NCBI GenBank assembly: GCA_965205235.1
Contig: CBDBGD010000008.1
Coordinates: 204,514 to 268,513, forward strand
Direction: 5' to 3'
Origin: Dehalococcoidia bacterium
GTDB lineage: Bacteria; Chloroflexota; Dehalococcoidia; Lucifugimonadales; UBA1127
Length of the DNA: 64,000 nt
Below, piece after piece: positions 1 through 9,585 of this stretch. Position 1 is the stretch's first letter. Each line of letters begins with the position of its first letter. The position numbers were made by a program, and so were the translations under genes. Under the pieces are notes generated by a model. It searched no databases. It was not told the DNA's origin and saw nothing but the letters and a program-made list of their open reading frames with translations.

Positions 1-17
1 ATCCGTCGCCGGTGTTC

Positions 18-46
18 ATTCTATGCACGCGCCCGCGCGGTGTCAA
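18..46 (-). promoter_or_regulatory. sigma70-like promoter firing leftwards out of the window
   Basis: Minus strand TTGACA (41-46), 17-bp spacer, TAGAAT (18-23). Confidence 0.6.
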
Positions 47-106
47 TTTGCGTCGGTGCGGTGGCAGCGCGCTCACCACGAGCGTGAGGTCAACGCTCGT
101 AGACTT

Positions 107-136
107 TCGTCGTTCCTGCGGAGGCAGGACCTCGAC
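107..136. repeat. REP-like palindrome, family A (GTCRTTCC-GCGnAGGC-GGAAnC)
   Basis: TCGTCGTTCCTGCGGAGGCAGGACCTCGAC; related copies at 14965, 20094, 22818 and 24419. Confidence 0.75.
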
Positions 137-156
137 CCCCTACGGCGCTTTGCGCC

Positions 157-185
157 GCTCACCCTGAGGCCCTCGAAGGGTGAGC
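157..185. repeat. REP-like hairpin, family B (TGAG...CGAA core)
   Basis: GCTCACCCTGAGGCCCTCGAAGGGTGAGC; related copies at 3660, 22642, 22766 and 27261. Confidence 0.7.
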
Positions 186-243
186 CGTGGTGCGGTGCGG
201 CAGGGCGAGCGTGCACCCCGTCGGAAGGCGCTACACGCAAACG

Positions 244-969
244 TCACCCCCCGAACAGCCCCACCACCTCCGTCAGCGATCCCACCCTCACGACGCCCCC
301 CACCGGCTCCGCGGTCCCGTACCGGTCGATGAGCACCGTCCCCATCCCCACCCCCAGCGCGCCGACGATGTCCGAGGCGTACTGGTCGCCCACGTGGACC
401 GCCTCGGCGGCCTCCGCGCCCAGCCGCTCCAGCGCTGCTAGAAAGATCGGCGCGTGTGGCTTTTCGGCGCCAACCTCGCGGGAGGTGACGGCGCAGTCCA
501 CCACCACCTCCAGGCCAAGGCTCTGCAGCAGGTCCTGCCCCGTCCGGTTGATGTTCGAGATGATGCCCAGGCGCAGCCCCAGCTTCTTCAGGCGTCGCAG
601 CGAGGGCAGGACGTCGTCGAACAGTGCGAGGTCGTAGCGGATCTTCCGCACCTCCTGCCACACCCGCCATGCGAACTGATGGCTCACCTCCACCCCCGCC
701 CCGTGCAGCACCAGCCGTTCGTACTCGGCGAAGAAGGCCGCAGTCGCCTCCGGCGAGCGCATGCGCACCGGGAGCCCGCCCGCGTTCTCACGCGCCATGT
801 ACGCGTCCGCCAGGGCGTAGCCCTGGTCGATGCCTTCCGGCGTCACCTCGATGCCGAAGACGCTGCAGGCCTGCGCCTGGATCTGCTCCCGCGGCGGCCA
901 GAAGCGCGCCAGCGTGTCGAACAGGTCGAAAGTCACGGCGCGCACGCCCGCGAACTCCCCCGAGCGCAC
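244..969 (-). CDS. HAD-superfamily hydrolase (subfamily IA)
   Basis: Motifs FDLFDTL, IISN, EKP and HVGD..SD; GTG start chosen just after the comF stop. Confidence 0.85.
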   Translation of the reverse strand: MRSGEFAGVRAVTFDLFDTLARFWPPREQIQAQACSVFGIEVTPEGIDQGYALADAYMARENAGGLPVRMRSPEATAAFFAEYERLVLHGAGVEVSHQFAWRVWQEVRKIRYDLALFDDVLPSLRRLKKLGLRLGIISNINRTGQDLLQSLGLEVVVDCAVTSREVGAEKPHAPIFLAALERLGAEAAEAVHVGDQYASDIVGALGVGMGTVLIDRYGTAEPVGGVVRVGSLTEVVGLFGG

Positions 970-974
970 GCGGC

Positions 975-1691
975 CTAGGCCTCCCGGGCCGCGGTCACGG
1001 CCCACACGGAGGAGACCCCCGCAGCCTTGAGCGCGGCCGCGCATGCCGACAGCGTGCTGCCCGTCGTGCAAACGTCGTCGACCAGGAGCACGTGGCTCCC
1101 CGCCAGCGACCCGTCCCGCACGCTGAAGCTCCCCTCCACGTTCCGCCTGCGCTCCTCCATGTCTGACGACCGTGCCTGCGGGGGCGCGGCCCGCGACCGG
1201 CGCAGCGCCCGCTCCGCCACCGGCAGACCCATCTGCCGCCCCATCGTGCGGGCCAGCAGCGCCGACTGGTTGTAGCCCCGCGCCCGGAGCCGGCGCGGGT
1301 GTAGCGGAACGGGGACCAGCACGCTGGCCGGCAGGGATAGCTCCGACGCGTACGCGGCCAGCAGTTCCCCCAACACCCCACCCAGTGCGCGGAAGTCCTG
1401 GTACTTGAGCCTGTGGACGCAGTCTCGTACCGTGCCCTCCATGAGGTAGGGCGCTCGGATGCCTTCCAGGCAGGGCAGCGGCGTCTCGCGGCAGCGGCCG
1501 CACAGGTCGCTCGAGGCGAGCGGTTGGGCGCACTGTCGGCAGAACGGAGGGGCGAGCCGTGGGAGCGATGCCTCGCAGCGTCCGCAGAGGAAGCTGCCTT
1601 CCTCCTCGCATCCCACGCACCGGCGCGGGAACAGGAGGTCCAGCGTCGCCGACAGAACGCGGCCCGGGGCCTGTCGCACCGTCACGGACAC
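975..1691 (-). CDS. comF: ComF-family protein (zinc ribbon plus PRTase domain)
   Basis: LDLLFP-CxxC..CxxC N-terminus, VPVPLH..RGYNQ, LLVDDVCTTGST. Confidence 0.9.
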   Translation of the reverse strand: MSVTVRQAPGRVLSATLDLLFPRRCVGCEEEGSFLCGRCEASLPRLAPPFCRQCAQPLASSDLCGRCRETPLPCLEGIRAPYLMEGTVRDCVHRLKYQDFRALGGVLGELLAAYASELSLPASVLVPVPLHPRRLRARGYNQSALLARTMGRQMGLPVAERALRRSRAAPPQARSSDMEERRRNVEGSFSVRDGSLAGSHVLLVDDVCTTGSTLSACAAALKAAGVSSVWAVTAAREA

Positions 1692-1802
1692 CTCCTTACC
1701 CTTGTGGGCCGGGAGCCTCGTCTGCGGAGCATGGTACTATTGAACGGGGTGGAAGCGCATCGGCTTTCACGCCGTTGGCCAATACGCGAGAAAGGACCTG
1801 CT

Positions 1803-3593
1803 ATGAAGAAAGGACTCCTCCTGGCGCTGTTGTCGGCTCTCGCGTGTGCGGCGATGGTCGCATGCGCTGACGACTCGGACGAGCAATCGGCCGTCGTCGA
1901 CCAGATGCGAAAGAACGTGGAGGAGTTCGAGTACAAGGCCGGAAAGCGGGGCGGCGCTCTGACCTTCGCCACCATCTCCGACCCGCTCACCTTCAACCTC
2001 GCCATTTCCACCGACGCCTCGTCGTCGGGCGTCCTCGGCTACCTCTTCGAGGGTCTCACCGAGACGTCCTGGCTCACCGACGAGGTGGAGCCGGCGCTGG
2101 CCCAGTCCTGGGAGCACTCGGCGGACGGCCTGACGTGGACCTTCTACCTGCGCCGCGACGTTCAGTGGCACGACGGCGAACCCCTCACCGCCCACGACGT
2201 GGACTTCACCTTCAACCGCATCATCTACAACCAGGACATCCCGGCCAGCTCCCGCCCGTCCTTCAACTTCCGCTTCCTCGACGAGCAGACCGGCGAGTGG
2301 CAGCAGGCGCCCATGACGGTCACCGCACTCGACGACTACACCGTCCAGTGCGTCCTGCCTGCGCCTTTCGCTCCCTTCCTCCGCTCCATGGGCACGGCCA
2401 TATACCCGAAGCACATCCTCGAACCTCACGTCGACGACGGAACCTTCGTCGACACGTGGGGCCTCGACACGCCCCCCGCCGAGATCATCGGCACGGGTCC
2501 CTTCACCATCGCTACCTACGAGCCCGGCCAGCGCGTGGTCATGCAGCGCAACCCTAGCTACTGGCTCCGTGACGACGCGGGCAACCCCCTGCCGTACCTG
2601 GACCAGGTCGTCCACCTCATCGTCCCGGACCTGGACGCCGAGCTCGCTCTGTTCCTCTCCGGCGACTCGGACGCCTACGGCGTGCGTGGAGAGGACTACG
2701 CACGGCTCGAACCGATGCAGGAGGAGGGCAACTTCACCATGCACCGGCGAGGCCCTGCCTTCGGCACCACGTTCATGGGTTTCAACATGAACCCTGGCGT
2801 GTCGCCTGACACCGGCCAGCCCTATGTCGCTCCTGAGAAGCTCCGGTGGTTCCAGAACCTGCAGTTCAGGCAGGCCGTGGCCCACACCATCGACAAGGCG
2901 ACGATGGTCGCGCAGGTGCAGCACGGCCTTGGCTATCCCCAGTGGGCCTCCATAAGCCCCGCCGCAGGCGACTTCCACAACCCCAACGTCCCCCGCTATG
3001 AGTACGACCTGGAGAAGGCCAACGAAATCCTGGACGACCTGGGCTGGACGGACACCAACGGGGACGGCATACGAGAGGACGACCAGGGCAACGAGATCGC
3101 CTTCTCCCTGGTGACCAACACCGGCAACACCGTGCGCGGCGAGGTGGGCGAGCTGGTCCACCGGGGCATGCAGGGGCTGGGCCTCAGGGTCGACTTCCGG
3201 CTGGTCGAGTTCGGAGACCTCGTCGGTCAGCTCACGGCGACCTACGACTGGGAGGCCATGATCATTGGCTTCACGGGCGGCACGGAACCCCATTTCGGCA
3301 TCAACTTCTGGCACAGCGGGGAGAACTTGCACCTCTGGTATCCCAACCAGCCGGAGCCGGCGACGGACTGGGAAGCCAGGATCGACGAGCTCTACATAAT
3401 GGCAAGCCGTGAGCTGGACCGGACCAAGCGGGTGGACCTGTACCACGAGGCGCAGGATGTCGCCGCCGAGAACCTCCCCGTGATCTACACCACCCTCTCC
3501 GAGCGGCTGAGCGCGGTGCGGAACGTCTTTGGCAACACCACGCCCACCCTCTACGCGCTCTGGGACATCCGCTACCTGTACCGCACGGACTAA
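1803..3593 (+). CDS. ABC transporter substrate-binding lipoprotein, family 5 (peptide/nickel)
   Basis: Signal peptide with lipobox-like cysteine, WTFYLR..W.HDG..TA.DV.FT and IGTGPF; ATG 1803 follows an AGGA RBS. Confidence 0.9.
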   Translation: MKKGLLLALLSALACAAMVACADDSDEQSAVVDQMRKNVEEFEYKAGKRGGALTFATISDPLTFNLAISTDASSSGVLGYLFEGLTETSWLTDEVEPALAQSWEHSADGLTWTFYLRRDVQWHDGEPLTAHDVDFTFNRIIYNQDIPASSRPSFNFRFLDEQTGEWQQAPMTVTALDDYTVQCVLPAPFAPFLRSMGTAIYPKHILEPHVDDGTFVDTWGLDTPPAEIIGTGPFTIATYEPGQRVVMQRNPSYWLRDDAGNPLPYLDQVVHLIVPDLDAELALFLSGDSDAYGVRGEDYARLEPMQEEGNFTMHRRGPAFGTTFMGFNMNPGVSPDTGQPYVAPEKLRWFQNLQFRQAVAHTIDKATMVAQVQHGLGYPQWASISPAAGDFHNPNVPRYEYDLEKANEILDDLGWTDTNGDGIREDDQGNEIAFSLVTNTGNTVRGEVGELVHRGMQGLGLRVDFRLVEFGDLVGQLTATYDWEAMIIGFTGGTEPHFGINFWHSGENLHLWYPNQPEPATDWEARIDELYIMASRELDRTKRVDLYHEAQDVAAENLPVIYTTLSERLSAVRNVFGNTTPTLYALWDIRYLYRTD

Positions 3594-3606
3594 GGGCTGA
3601 TGGTGC

Positions 3607-3634
3607 GTAGGAGCGGTTCGCGGACCGCCCCTAC
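3607..3634. repeat. GTAG-type REP palindrome
   Basis: GTAGGAGCGGTTCGCGGACCGCCCCTAC between convergent genes. Confidence 0.65.
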
Positions 3635-3659
3635 TGCGAGATGCGGCGGATGAGGGGGC

Positions 3660-3686
3660 GCTCACCCTGAGCTTGTCGAAGGGCGA
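3660..3686. repeat. REP-like hairpin, family B
   Basis: GCTCACCCTGAGCTTGTCGAAGGGCGA. Confidence 0.75.
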
Positions 3687-3710
3687 CCCTACCCGGCCGG
3701 TCCGTGGCTC

Positions 3711-4052
3711 TCAGCGTTTCGCTCGTGCCAGCCCCACGGTCGTTAGGTCGTCGACGCTGTGCGCTCCCTCCTGGACCGCCTCCACCTCGTAGATGCTCAC
3801 GACGGGGGCGACCCCGGTCATCGCCTCGACTCGCCCCATCGTCTCCACCTCGTCGAGCAGTGCGGCCTTCGACTCCCAGAGGTAGAAGGCCCCCCAGTGC
3901 AGCGTTTCCGCGTTGGAGAACCACACCTTCTGCCTGAGACCCTTCCGCGTCCCGTACCGCGCCCACGATTCGTTGGCGATGTAGTCTCGGAGCTTGCGCA
4001 GCACGTCGGGACCGAGGCCGCTAAAGTCCCACTCTAGGATGAGTGCAAACAT
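3711..4052 (-). CDS. YdhR-like dimeric alpha-beta barrel protein (putative monooxygenase)
   Basis: GLRQKVW..WGAFYLWES pattern; 113 aa; GGAGG-like RBS. Confidence 0.7.
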   Translation of the reverse strand: MFALILEWDFSGLGPDVLRKLRDYIANESWARYGTRKGLRQKVWFSNAETLHWGAFYLWESKAALLDEVETMGRVEAMTGVAPVVSIYEVEAVQEGAHSVDDLTTVGLARAKR

Positions 4053-4076
4053 GGACCCTCCTCCGCCTCTGCGCCG

Positions 4077-4805
4077 TCAGTCCGCCCGCGCAGCCTGCCC
4101 CGCGCCCGCCCGCTCCGCTGCGTACTCCTCCGCCCGACGCACCAGCATCCCGAACAGCTGCTGGAACTGCCGCGGCAGCTCGTCCTGCCACTCCGGGTGG
4201 CACTGCACGGCCACCACCCAGCGGTGGTGCGGGCTCTCCAGTCCCTCGATGATCCCGTCGTCCAGCGAGTACGCGCACGCCAGGAGGCGGCGTGACCGCT
4301 GGGCCTCGCGCAGGCCCTGGTGGTGCAGGCTGTTGACCCGCACGCGGCCGCCCGACCCCAGCGCCGCGGCCAGCTTGCTCCCCGGCGACACCCAGATGCG
4401 GTGCCGGCTCGACTCCCACTCCCCGTCCTCCCGCTCCTTGCGATGGTCCGGCAGGTCCTGCAGCAGCGTCCCGCCCGACACCACGTTCAACGCCTGCATG
4501 CCGCGGCAGAGGCCTAGCACCGGCATGTCGCGCTCCATCGCCGCTTGCAGCAGCGGTAGCTCCAGCGCGTCCCGCGCCGGGTTCATCTCCACCCCAGCCT
4601 TCGGGTCCACCTCGCGATGGTAGTACGACGGGTCGATGTCCTCTCCGCCGGTCACCAGCAGCCCGTCGATGCGCGCCAGCGTCTCCTCCGTGCTCGGCGC
4701 AGTGCCGGGCAGCAGGGTCAGTGTCTCCGCTCCCCAGGCCGCTACGGCGTTCACCGAGTCCAGGGCGTCCTTCTCCGTCGATGCAACGACTCCGATAACC
4801 GGCAT
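4077..4805 (-). CDS. class I glutamine amidotransferase / peptidase C26 (PuuD-like)
   Basis: TGGEDIDP, GLCRGMQ nucleophile elbow, VNSLHHQG, VQCHPE. Confidence 0.9.
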   Translation of the reverse strand: MPVIGVVASTEKDALDSVNAVAAWGAETLTLLPGTAPSTEETLARIDGLLVTGGEDIDPSYYHREVDPKAGVEMNPARDALELPLLQAAMERDMPVLGLCRGMQALNVVSGGTLLQDLPDHRKEREDGEWESSRHRIWVSPGSKLAAALGSGGRVRVNSLHHQGLREAQRSRRLLACAYSLDDGIIEGLESPHHRWVVAVQCHPEWQDELPRQFQQLFGMLVRRAEEYAAERAGAGQAARAD

Positions 4806-4815
4806 TGGCCTCTCC

Positions 4816-5586
4816 TTACGGCTGTAGACGTCGGCGCACCAGGCGCACTGCAAGAGTGGTGAAGACCGCGGCGTAGGCCGCGAGCTCCAGGATCGCCAGG
4901 AGGTGCGTGGGCCCCAGGTCCCCCATGAACAGCCCCCGGATGAGGTAGGCGGCGGGAGTCAGCGGGAGCGCCCACGCGATGATCTGCACGGCCTCCGGGA
5001 GAGCGGACAGCGGGAAGAATATGCCGCTGACGTAGAACATGGGCAGAGCGAATATCGAGACCAGGTTGTTGACGCTCGCGATGCTGGGCGCGATCGACGT
5101 ATAGCACAGCCCCATCCCGTAGAACGCCAGCCCCGTCAGGAAGCCCGCCGGCACTATCAGCAGCGCCCACGGTGACGACACCAGCCCTAACGCCGCAGCC
5201 ACCGACAGCACCGCCACCGAACTCATCGCCGATCGCGTCGCCCCCCACAGGCACTCCCCCACCACCATGTCCGACACTCCCACCGGCGTCGCCAGCACGT
5301 TGTCGTAGATGCGGTGCATCGACATGCGAAGGTACGCGCCGTAGCCCGCTTCCAGCAGCGAGTGGAACATCGCGTAGGCCGCGATGAACCCCGGCGCCAC
5401 GAACTCGGCGTACCCCACCCCGCCGTCCACCTCCCCCACGAACTGCCCCAGCCCGTAGCCGATGGCCACCAGCAGGAGGATGGGCTCAATGACCATCCCA
5501 CCCGTTTCGGTCGTCCAGTTCTTGAAGAAGGCGTCGCGGTGCCGGGCCCAGACCGCGAAGCTGTACCCTGCGTCCTGCGCGATCAC
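4816..5586 (-). CDS. ABC-2 exporter permease (NodJ-like)
   Basis: Multiple TM segments, YAEFVAPG, SGIFFPL..LP; overlaps the ATPase stop. Confidence 0.85.
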   Translation of the reverse strand: MIAQDAGYSFAVWARHRDAFFKNWTTETGGMVIEPILLLVAIGYGLGQFVGEVDGGVGYAEFVAPGFIAAYAMFHSLLEAGYGAYLRMSMHRIYDNVLATPVGVSDMVVGECLWGATRSAMSSVAVLSVAAALGLVSSPWALLIVPAGFLTGLAFYGMGLCYTSIAPSIASVNNLVSIFALPMFYVSGIFFPLSALPEAVQIIAWALPLTPAAYLIRGLFMGDLGPTHLLAILELAAYAAVFTTLAVRLVRRRLQP

Positions 5587-6506
5587 GCTTCACCCTCTTC
5601 CAGCCCCCGGCCGGTCAGACGGAGGAACACGTCCTCCAGGTTCGCCGTGCGATGCACCACGTGGAGCCCCTCCGTGGCCAGGTCGCGCTCCAGGGCGTCC
5701 CCGTTTCTGCTCAGCACCAGGAGGGCCGTGCCCGCCTCCTCCACCCGCAGGCCGCGCGACGTCAGCAGCCCCTTCACCGACTCCATCTCGCCGAACTCCG
5801 GCCTCACCTCCACCACCTCTCGCCCGGCGTACTCCAGCACCAGCTCCCGCGGCTTCCCCTGCGCCAGCACCCGCCCCCCGTCGATGATCACGAGGCGGTC
5901 GCACAGCGCCATCGCCTCCTCCATGTTGTGCGTCGAAAGGAGAATCGTCGCGCCCTGCCGCCGGAGCTCCAGCACGCGGCTCCACACCAGGTGCCGCCCC
6001 GCCGGGTCCAGCCCCGTCGTCGGCTCGTCCAGCACCAGCACCGTCGGGTGGCTCAGCAGCGCCCGCGCGATGACCAGCCGGCGCTTCATACCCCCCGACA
6101 GCGCGTCCACCCGGCTCTCCGCCCGGTCCCAGAGTGCCAGGAACTTCAGCGTGTCCTGCGCCCGGCGACGCGCCTCTGCCTTGGGGATGCGGAAGTAGCG
6201 AGCGTGGGCCAGCAGGTTCCCCAGCACGGTCAGGTCCGGGTCCAGGTTCTCGTCCTGCGGCACGATGCCCAGGACCTTCTTCACCTCGCGCGGCTGCTGC
6301 GCTACGTCCAGCCCCGCCACCACGGCCCTGCCGCCCGTGATGGGCGAAACGGCCGTCAGCATGCGCATGGTCGAGGTCTTCCCCGCGCCGTTCGGCCCCA
6401 GCAGCCCGAAGCACTCCCCGGCCTCGACGGAGAAGCTGACGCCGTTCACGGCGGTGAAGTCGCCGTAGCGCTTCACCAGGTCATGGACTCCGATGATCGA
6501 TTGCAT
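5583..6506 (-). CDS. ABC exporter ATP-binding protein (NodI-like)
   Basis: GPNGAGKT, LSGGMKRR, LDEPTTGLD. Confidence 0.92.
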   Translation of the reverse strand: MQSIIGVHDLVKRYGDFTAVNGVSFSVEAGECFGLLGPNGAGKTSTMRMLTAVSPITGGRAVVAGLDVAQQPREVKKVLGIVPQDENLDPDLTVLGNLLAHARYFRIPKAEARRRAQDTLKFLALWDRAESRVDALSGGMKRRLVIARALLSHPTVLVLDEPTTGLDPAGRHLVWSRVLELRRQGATILLSTHNMEEAMALCDRLVIIDGGRVLAQGKPRELVLEYAGREVVEVRPEFGEMESVKGLLTSRGLRVEEAGTALLVLSRNGDALERDLATEGLHVVHRTANLEDVFLRLTGRGLEEGEA

Positions 6507-6612
6507 TCGTTGCTCCGACGAATATCGTACCACAGACGTTCCTGCCGCCCTGTTCGCCGCTCCATCCGCCGACGTATAATCCCCCCAGAGGCCCGCAACA
6601 CAGGAGGTACGC

Positions 6613-7254
6613 ATGCCGGTCCACTTCGAGGACGACAAGCTCCGCATCCACAAGGTCGTCGCCAGCCCCTACGACAACAACGCCTACGTCATCGTCTGCC
6701 GGGCCACCGGCGAGAGCGTCGTCGTCGACGCCCCCCGCGAGGTGGACAAGGTCATCGCGGAGACCCAGGGGACCAAGGTGAGGTCCGTCCTCATCACCCA
6801 CAGCCACTTCGACCACATCGAGGGCTTCGCAGCCATGCGGGCCAAGCTCGACACGTCCTACGCCATCCACCAGGACGACGCGCCCCGCCTGCCCTCACCG
6901 CCCGACTACTACCTCGAGGAGGGCGACGTCATTCCCGTGGGCAACCTCTCCCTGCAGGTGCTCTTCACCCCCGGCCACACGCCTGGCGGCGTCTGCCTGC
7001 TCATGCCGGGCCACCTCTTCTCAGGCGACACCCTGTTCCCCGGCGGCCCCGGCAAGACCGTCGGCCCGGACGAGTTCCGACAGGTCGTCGAAAGTATCAC
7101 CGCCCGGCTGCTGCCCCTCCCCGCCGACACCGCCGTCTACCCCGGCCACGGCGGCGACACCACCATCCGACAGTCCGGCGAGGAGTACGCCGCCTTCGCC
7201 GTGCGGCCCCACCCGTCCGACCTCCACGGCGACGTCCTCTGGCTTACGAGCTAG
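6613..7254 (+). CDS. MBL-fold metallo-hydrolase (glyoxalase II-like)
   Basis: THSHFDH, TPGHTPG, SGDTLF, PGHG. Confidence 0.9.
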   Translation: MPVHFEDDKLRIHKVVASPYDNNAYVIVCRATGESVVVDAPREVDKVIAETQGTKVRSVLITHSHFDHIEGFAAMRAKLDTSYAIHQDDAPRLPSPPDYYLEEGDVIPVGNLSLQVLFTPGHTPGGVCLLMPGHLFSGDTLFPGGPGKTVGPDEFRQVVESITARLLPLPADTAVYPGHGGDTTIRQSGEEYAAFAVRPHPSDLHGDVLWLTS

Positions 7255-7257
7255 CGC

Positions 7258-8484
7258 CTAGCACCTCCACGGAATGTGGCCGGGGTACTGCGATGCCTTG
7301 GCGCTCTCTTGCCAGCAGGCAAGGTCGTCGAGCGTCGACTCCCAAGCGCGTTCGAGCGTTTGCAGCCGCACAAAGACGTTGGTTGGGACTGTGCACCGCT
7401 GACCGCGCTCGCAGTACCGGTCGTAGAGAGCAAAATAGGCCGCAACGGCCTCCTTCCACGTGTCGATGGCCTCGTTGACCAGCTCTCTGAGCTCGGCGTT
7501 CTCGGGCCGGACGTTCCGGTGCATCTCAACGATGTAGCCGCGGATGTTCTGCTCCGGTATCCAGCATCCGTCCGCCGCCAGGTTGTTGTCCCCCTTGGGC
7601 CAGTAGTAGTGCACCCCACCGCGTACCTCGATCGCCTCGACGCGATGGGCCGTCCCCCGGCCCGAAACATCGTCCCCGCAACCCGGATGAAACGCGATGG
7701 TCGCACCCACGGTGATGTCCTCCGGTCGAAAGTCCTCCAGCCACGTCGCCTCGTCCAGGCACGTCACCACCGGCTCCATGCTCCCCGTGCAGGCGAACCC
7801 GCTGCGCCGTTTCGCGTCCACGCCCAGGATGAGCGGCTTGCGCGCCTCCTCCAGCCCCAGGATCTCCTGCCGTAGCGTCCGTATCTCCTCCCGAAGCCCC
7901 TCCGCCGTCCCCGCTTGCGCCTTCAGATCTTCGAATTGGCCGGTGAGCGTCATGTGGGACGTCTCGAGTGCGTTGTGCGTGGCGGTCAGGGCGCCAAGCT
8001 CAAAGTTGGCGCTGGCAAGCTCTCCCCGCAGTCCGTCCCTGTCCGCGATGGTCGTCGTCAGGTCGGCCCTCAGCCCGTCGTTCTCACTCGACAGGGCGAT
8101 GTTCGTGTCGTTGGCAGCTCGCAGGTCGGTCTCCAGGTCATCGTTGGCCGCCTCCACCGCTTCCTTGGCCGTCTCCAGGAGGCGGTTCTCCGCCGTCAGG
8201 TCCACGTTCGCCGACCGCTGCTCCGCGAGCGCATCGTCGGTCTCCCGCAGGTCGGCCTGCGTGTCCGCCAGGTCGTCCTGCGTCTCGGCGAGCGTGACCT
8301 TGGTGGCCGAAAGAGTGGCGAGGGTGCCGCTGAGCACCTTCTCGGTCTCCGTCAGAGCGGCCTGGGTCTCGGCGAGGAGGTCGTTGCTCTCGCGAAGCTC
8401 CACGTACAGCCACACCGCGAGGCCTCCCACGGCGAGAATCAGAATAGCGGCGACGACGACGATGCCACGGTAACCTGCGAACAT
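7258..8484 (-). CDS. membrane-anchored coiled-coil protein with S26 (signal peptidase I-like) domain
   Basis: N-terminal TM, long heptad region, then TGSMEP, HRV and KGDNN motifs. Confidence 0.7.
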   Translation of the reverse strand: MFAGYRGIVVVAAILILAVGGLAVWLYVELRESNDLLAETQAALTETEKVLSGTLATLSATKVTLAETQDDLADTQADLRETDDALAEQRSANVDLTAENRLLETAKEAVEAANDDLETDLRAANDTNIALSSENDGLRADLTTTIADRDGLRGELASANFELGALTATHNALETSHMTLTGQFEDLKAQAGTAEGLREEIRTLRQEILGLEEARKPLILGVDAKRRSGFACTGSMEPVVTCLDEATWLEDFRPEDITVGATIAFHPGCGDDVSGRGTAHRVEAIEVRGGVHYYWPKGDNNLAADGCWIPEQNIRGYIVEMHRNVRPENAELRELVNEAIDTWKEAVAAYFALYDRYCERGQRCTVPTNVFVRLQTLERAWESTLDDLACWQESAKASQYPGHIPWRC

Positions 8485-8567
8485 GGGAGCCCTCCTCGAG
8501 TCTGACTACCCTCGGACTGCGCTGCTACCCACCGCCGAAGCGAAGGGCCGACCGGTCCCCACGCCTC

Positions 8568-9503
8568 CTAACCGTCCAGCGCTGCCAGCGCCGCCTCCGG
8601 CAGCCGCACGTCCACCGCCGCCGCATTCTGCGCGACCTGCTCCGGTCGGCTCGCCCCCACGATCACCGACGACACCGCCGGCCTGGTCAGCGCCCACGCC
8701 AGCCCCGCCTGCACCGGTGTCAGGCCGCACTCGGCGGCCAGCGCCGCCACCCGGTCGACAAGCGCAAAGCACTCCGGCGTCCAGTACTTGTTGAAGGCGG
8801 CCCCGGCGTGGCGTGATGCCATGTGGCTGTCGGCTGCGGGCTTCTCATCCCGGCGGTACGCCCCGGTCAGGATGCCGCCCATCAGGACCTGGTACGGCGT
8901 CACCCCCACGCCGTGCTTCTCGCACAGCGGCAGCAGGTCCCCCTCGATCTCCCGACGGGCGAAGTTGTACTCCGGCTGCACCACCGCCAGCGGCGCCATG
9001 CCTCGCTCCCGGGCGATGCCCAGGGCCTGCGCCACCTGCCATGCGCTGAAGTTGCAGCATCCCACGTAGCGCACCTTCCCCTGCCGCACCATGTCGTCCA
9101 GCGCCCCCAGCGACTCCTCCAGCGGCGTCTCCGGGTCCCAGAAGTGCAGCAGGTACAGGTCGATGTAGTCCGTCCCCAGCCGCCGCAGGCTCGCGTCCAC
9201 CGCGTCCGACAGGTGCCGCCGGGAGCTGCCTCGGTCGTTCGGCCCCGGCCCCATCGCGCTGAACCCCTTGGTCGCCACGACGAAGTCGCCCCGCCGACCC
9301 CGGATGGCCTTCCCCACCACCTCTTCGGAGCGGCCGTCGTTGTACATGTCAGCCGTGTCGATGAAGTTGATGCCGTGCTCCGCCGCCGCGTGCATCACGG
9401 CGATCGCGCGGGAGTCGTCGACATAACCCGCGCCGAACATGTTCGTCCCCAGGCACACCTTCGACACCTTCAGCCCGCTGCCGCCCAGACGTGCGTACTC
9501 CAC
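8568..9503 (-). CDS. aldo/keto reductase
   Basis: LG.SGLKVS..LGT, DTADMY, VATK, SLRRLGTDYIDLY. Confidence 0.92.
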   Translation of the reverse strand: MEYARLGGSGLKVSKVCLGTNMFGAGYVDDSRAIAVMHAAAEHGINFIDTADMYNDGRSEEVVGKAIRGRRGDFVVATKGFSAMGPGPNDRGSSRRHLSDAVDASLRRLGTDYIDLYLLHFWDPETPLEESLGALDDMVRQGKVRYVGCCNFSAWQVAQALGIARERGMAPLAVVQPEYNFARREIEGDLLPLCEKHGVGVTPYQVLMGGILTGAYRRDEKPAADSHMASRHAGAAFNKYWTPECFALVDRVAALAAECGLTPVQAGLAWALTRPAVSSVIVGASRPEQVAQNAAAVDVRLPEAALAALDG

Positions 9504-9585
9504 GGCGTCCCCCTTTGGGTTCCTCTGGCTATTCCGACCTGATATTATGCGCAACAGCCCACCGACTGCCAGGGGGAGCGCCGCC

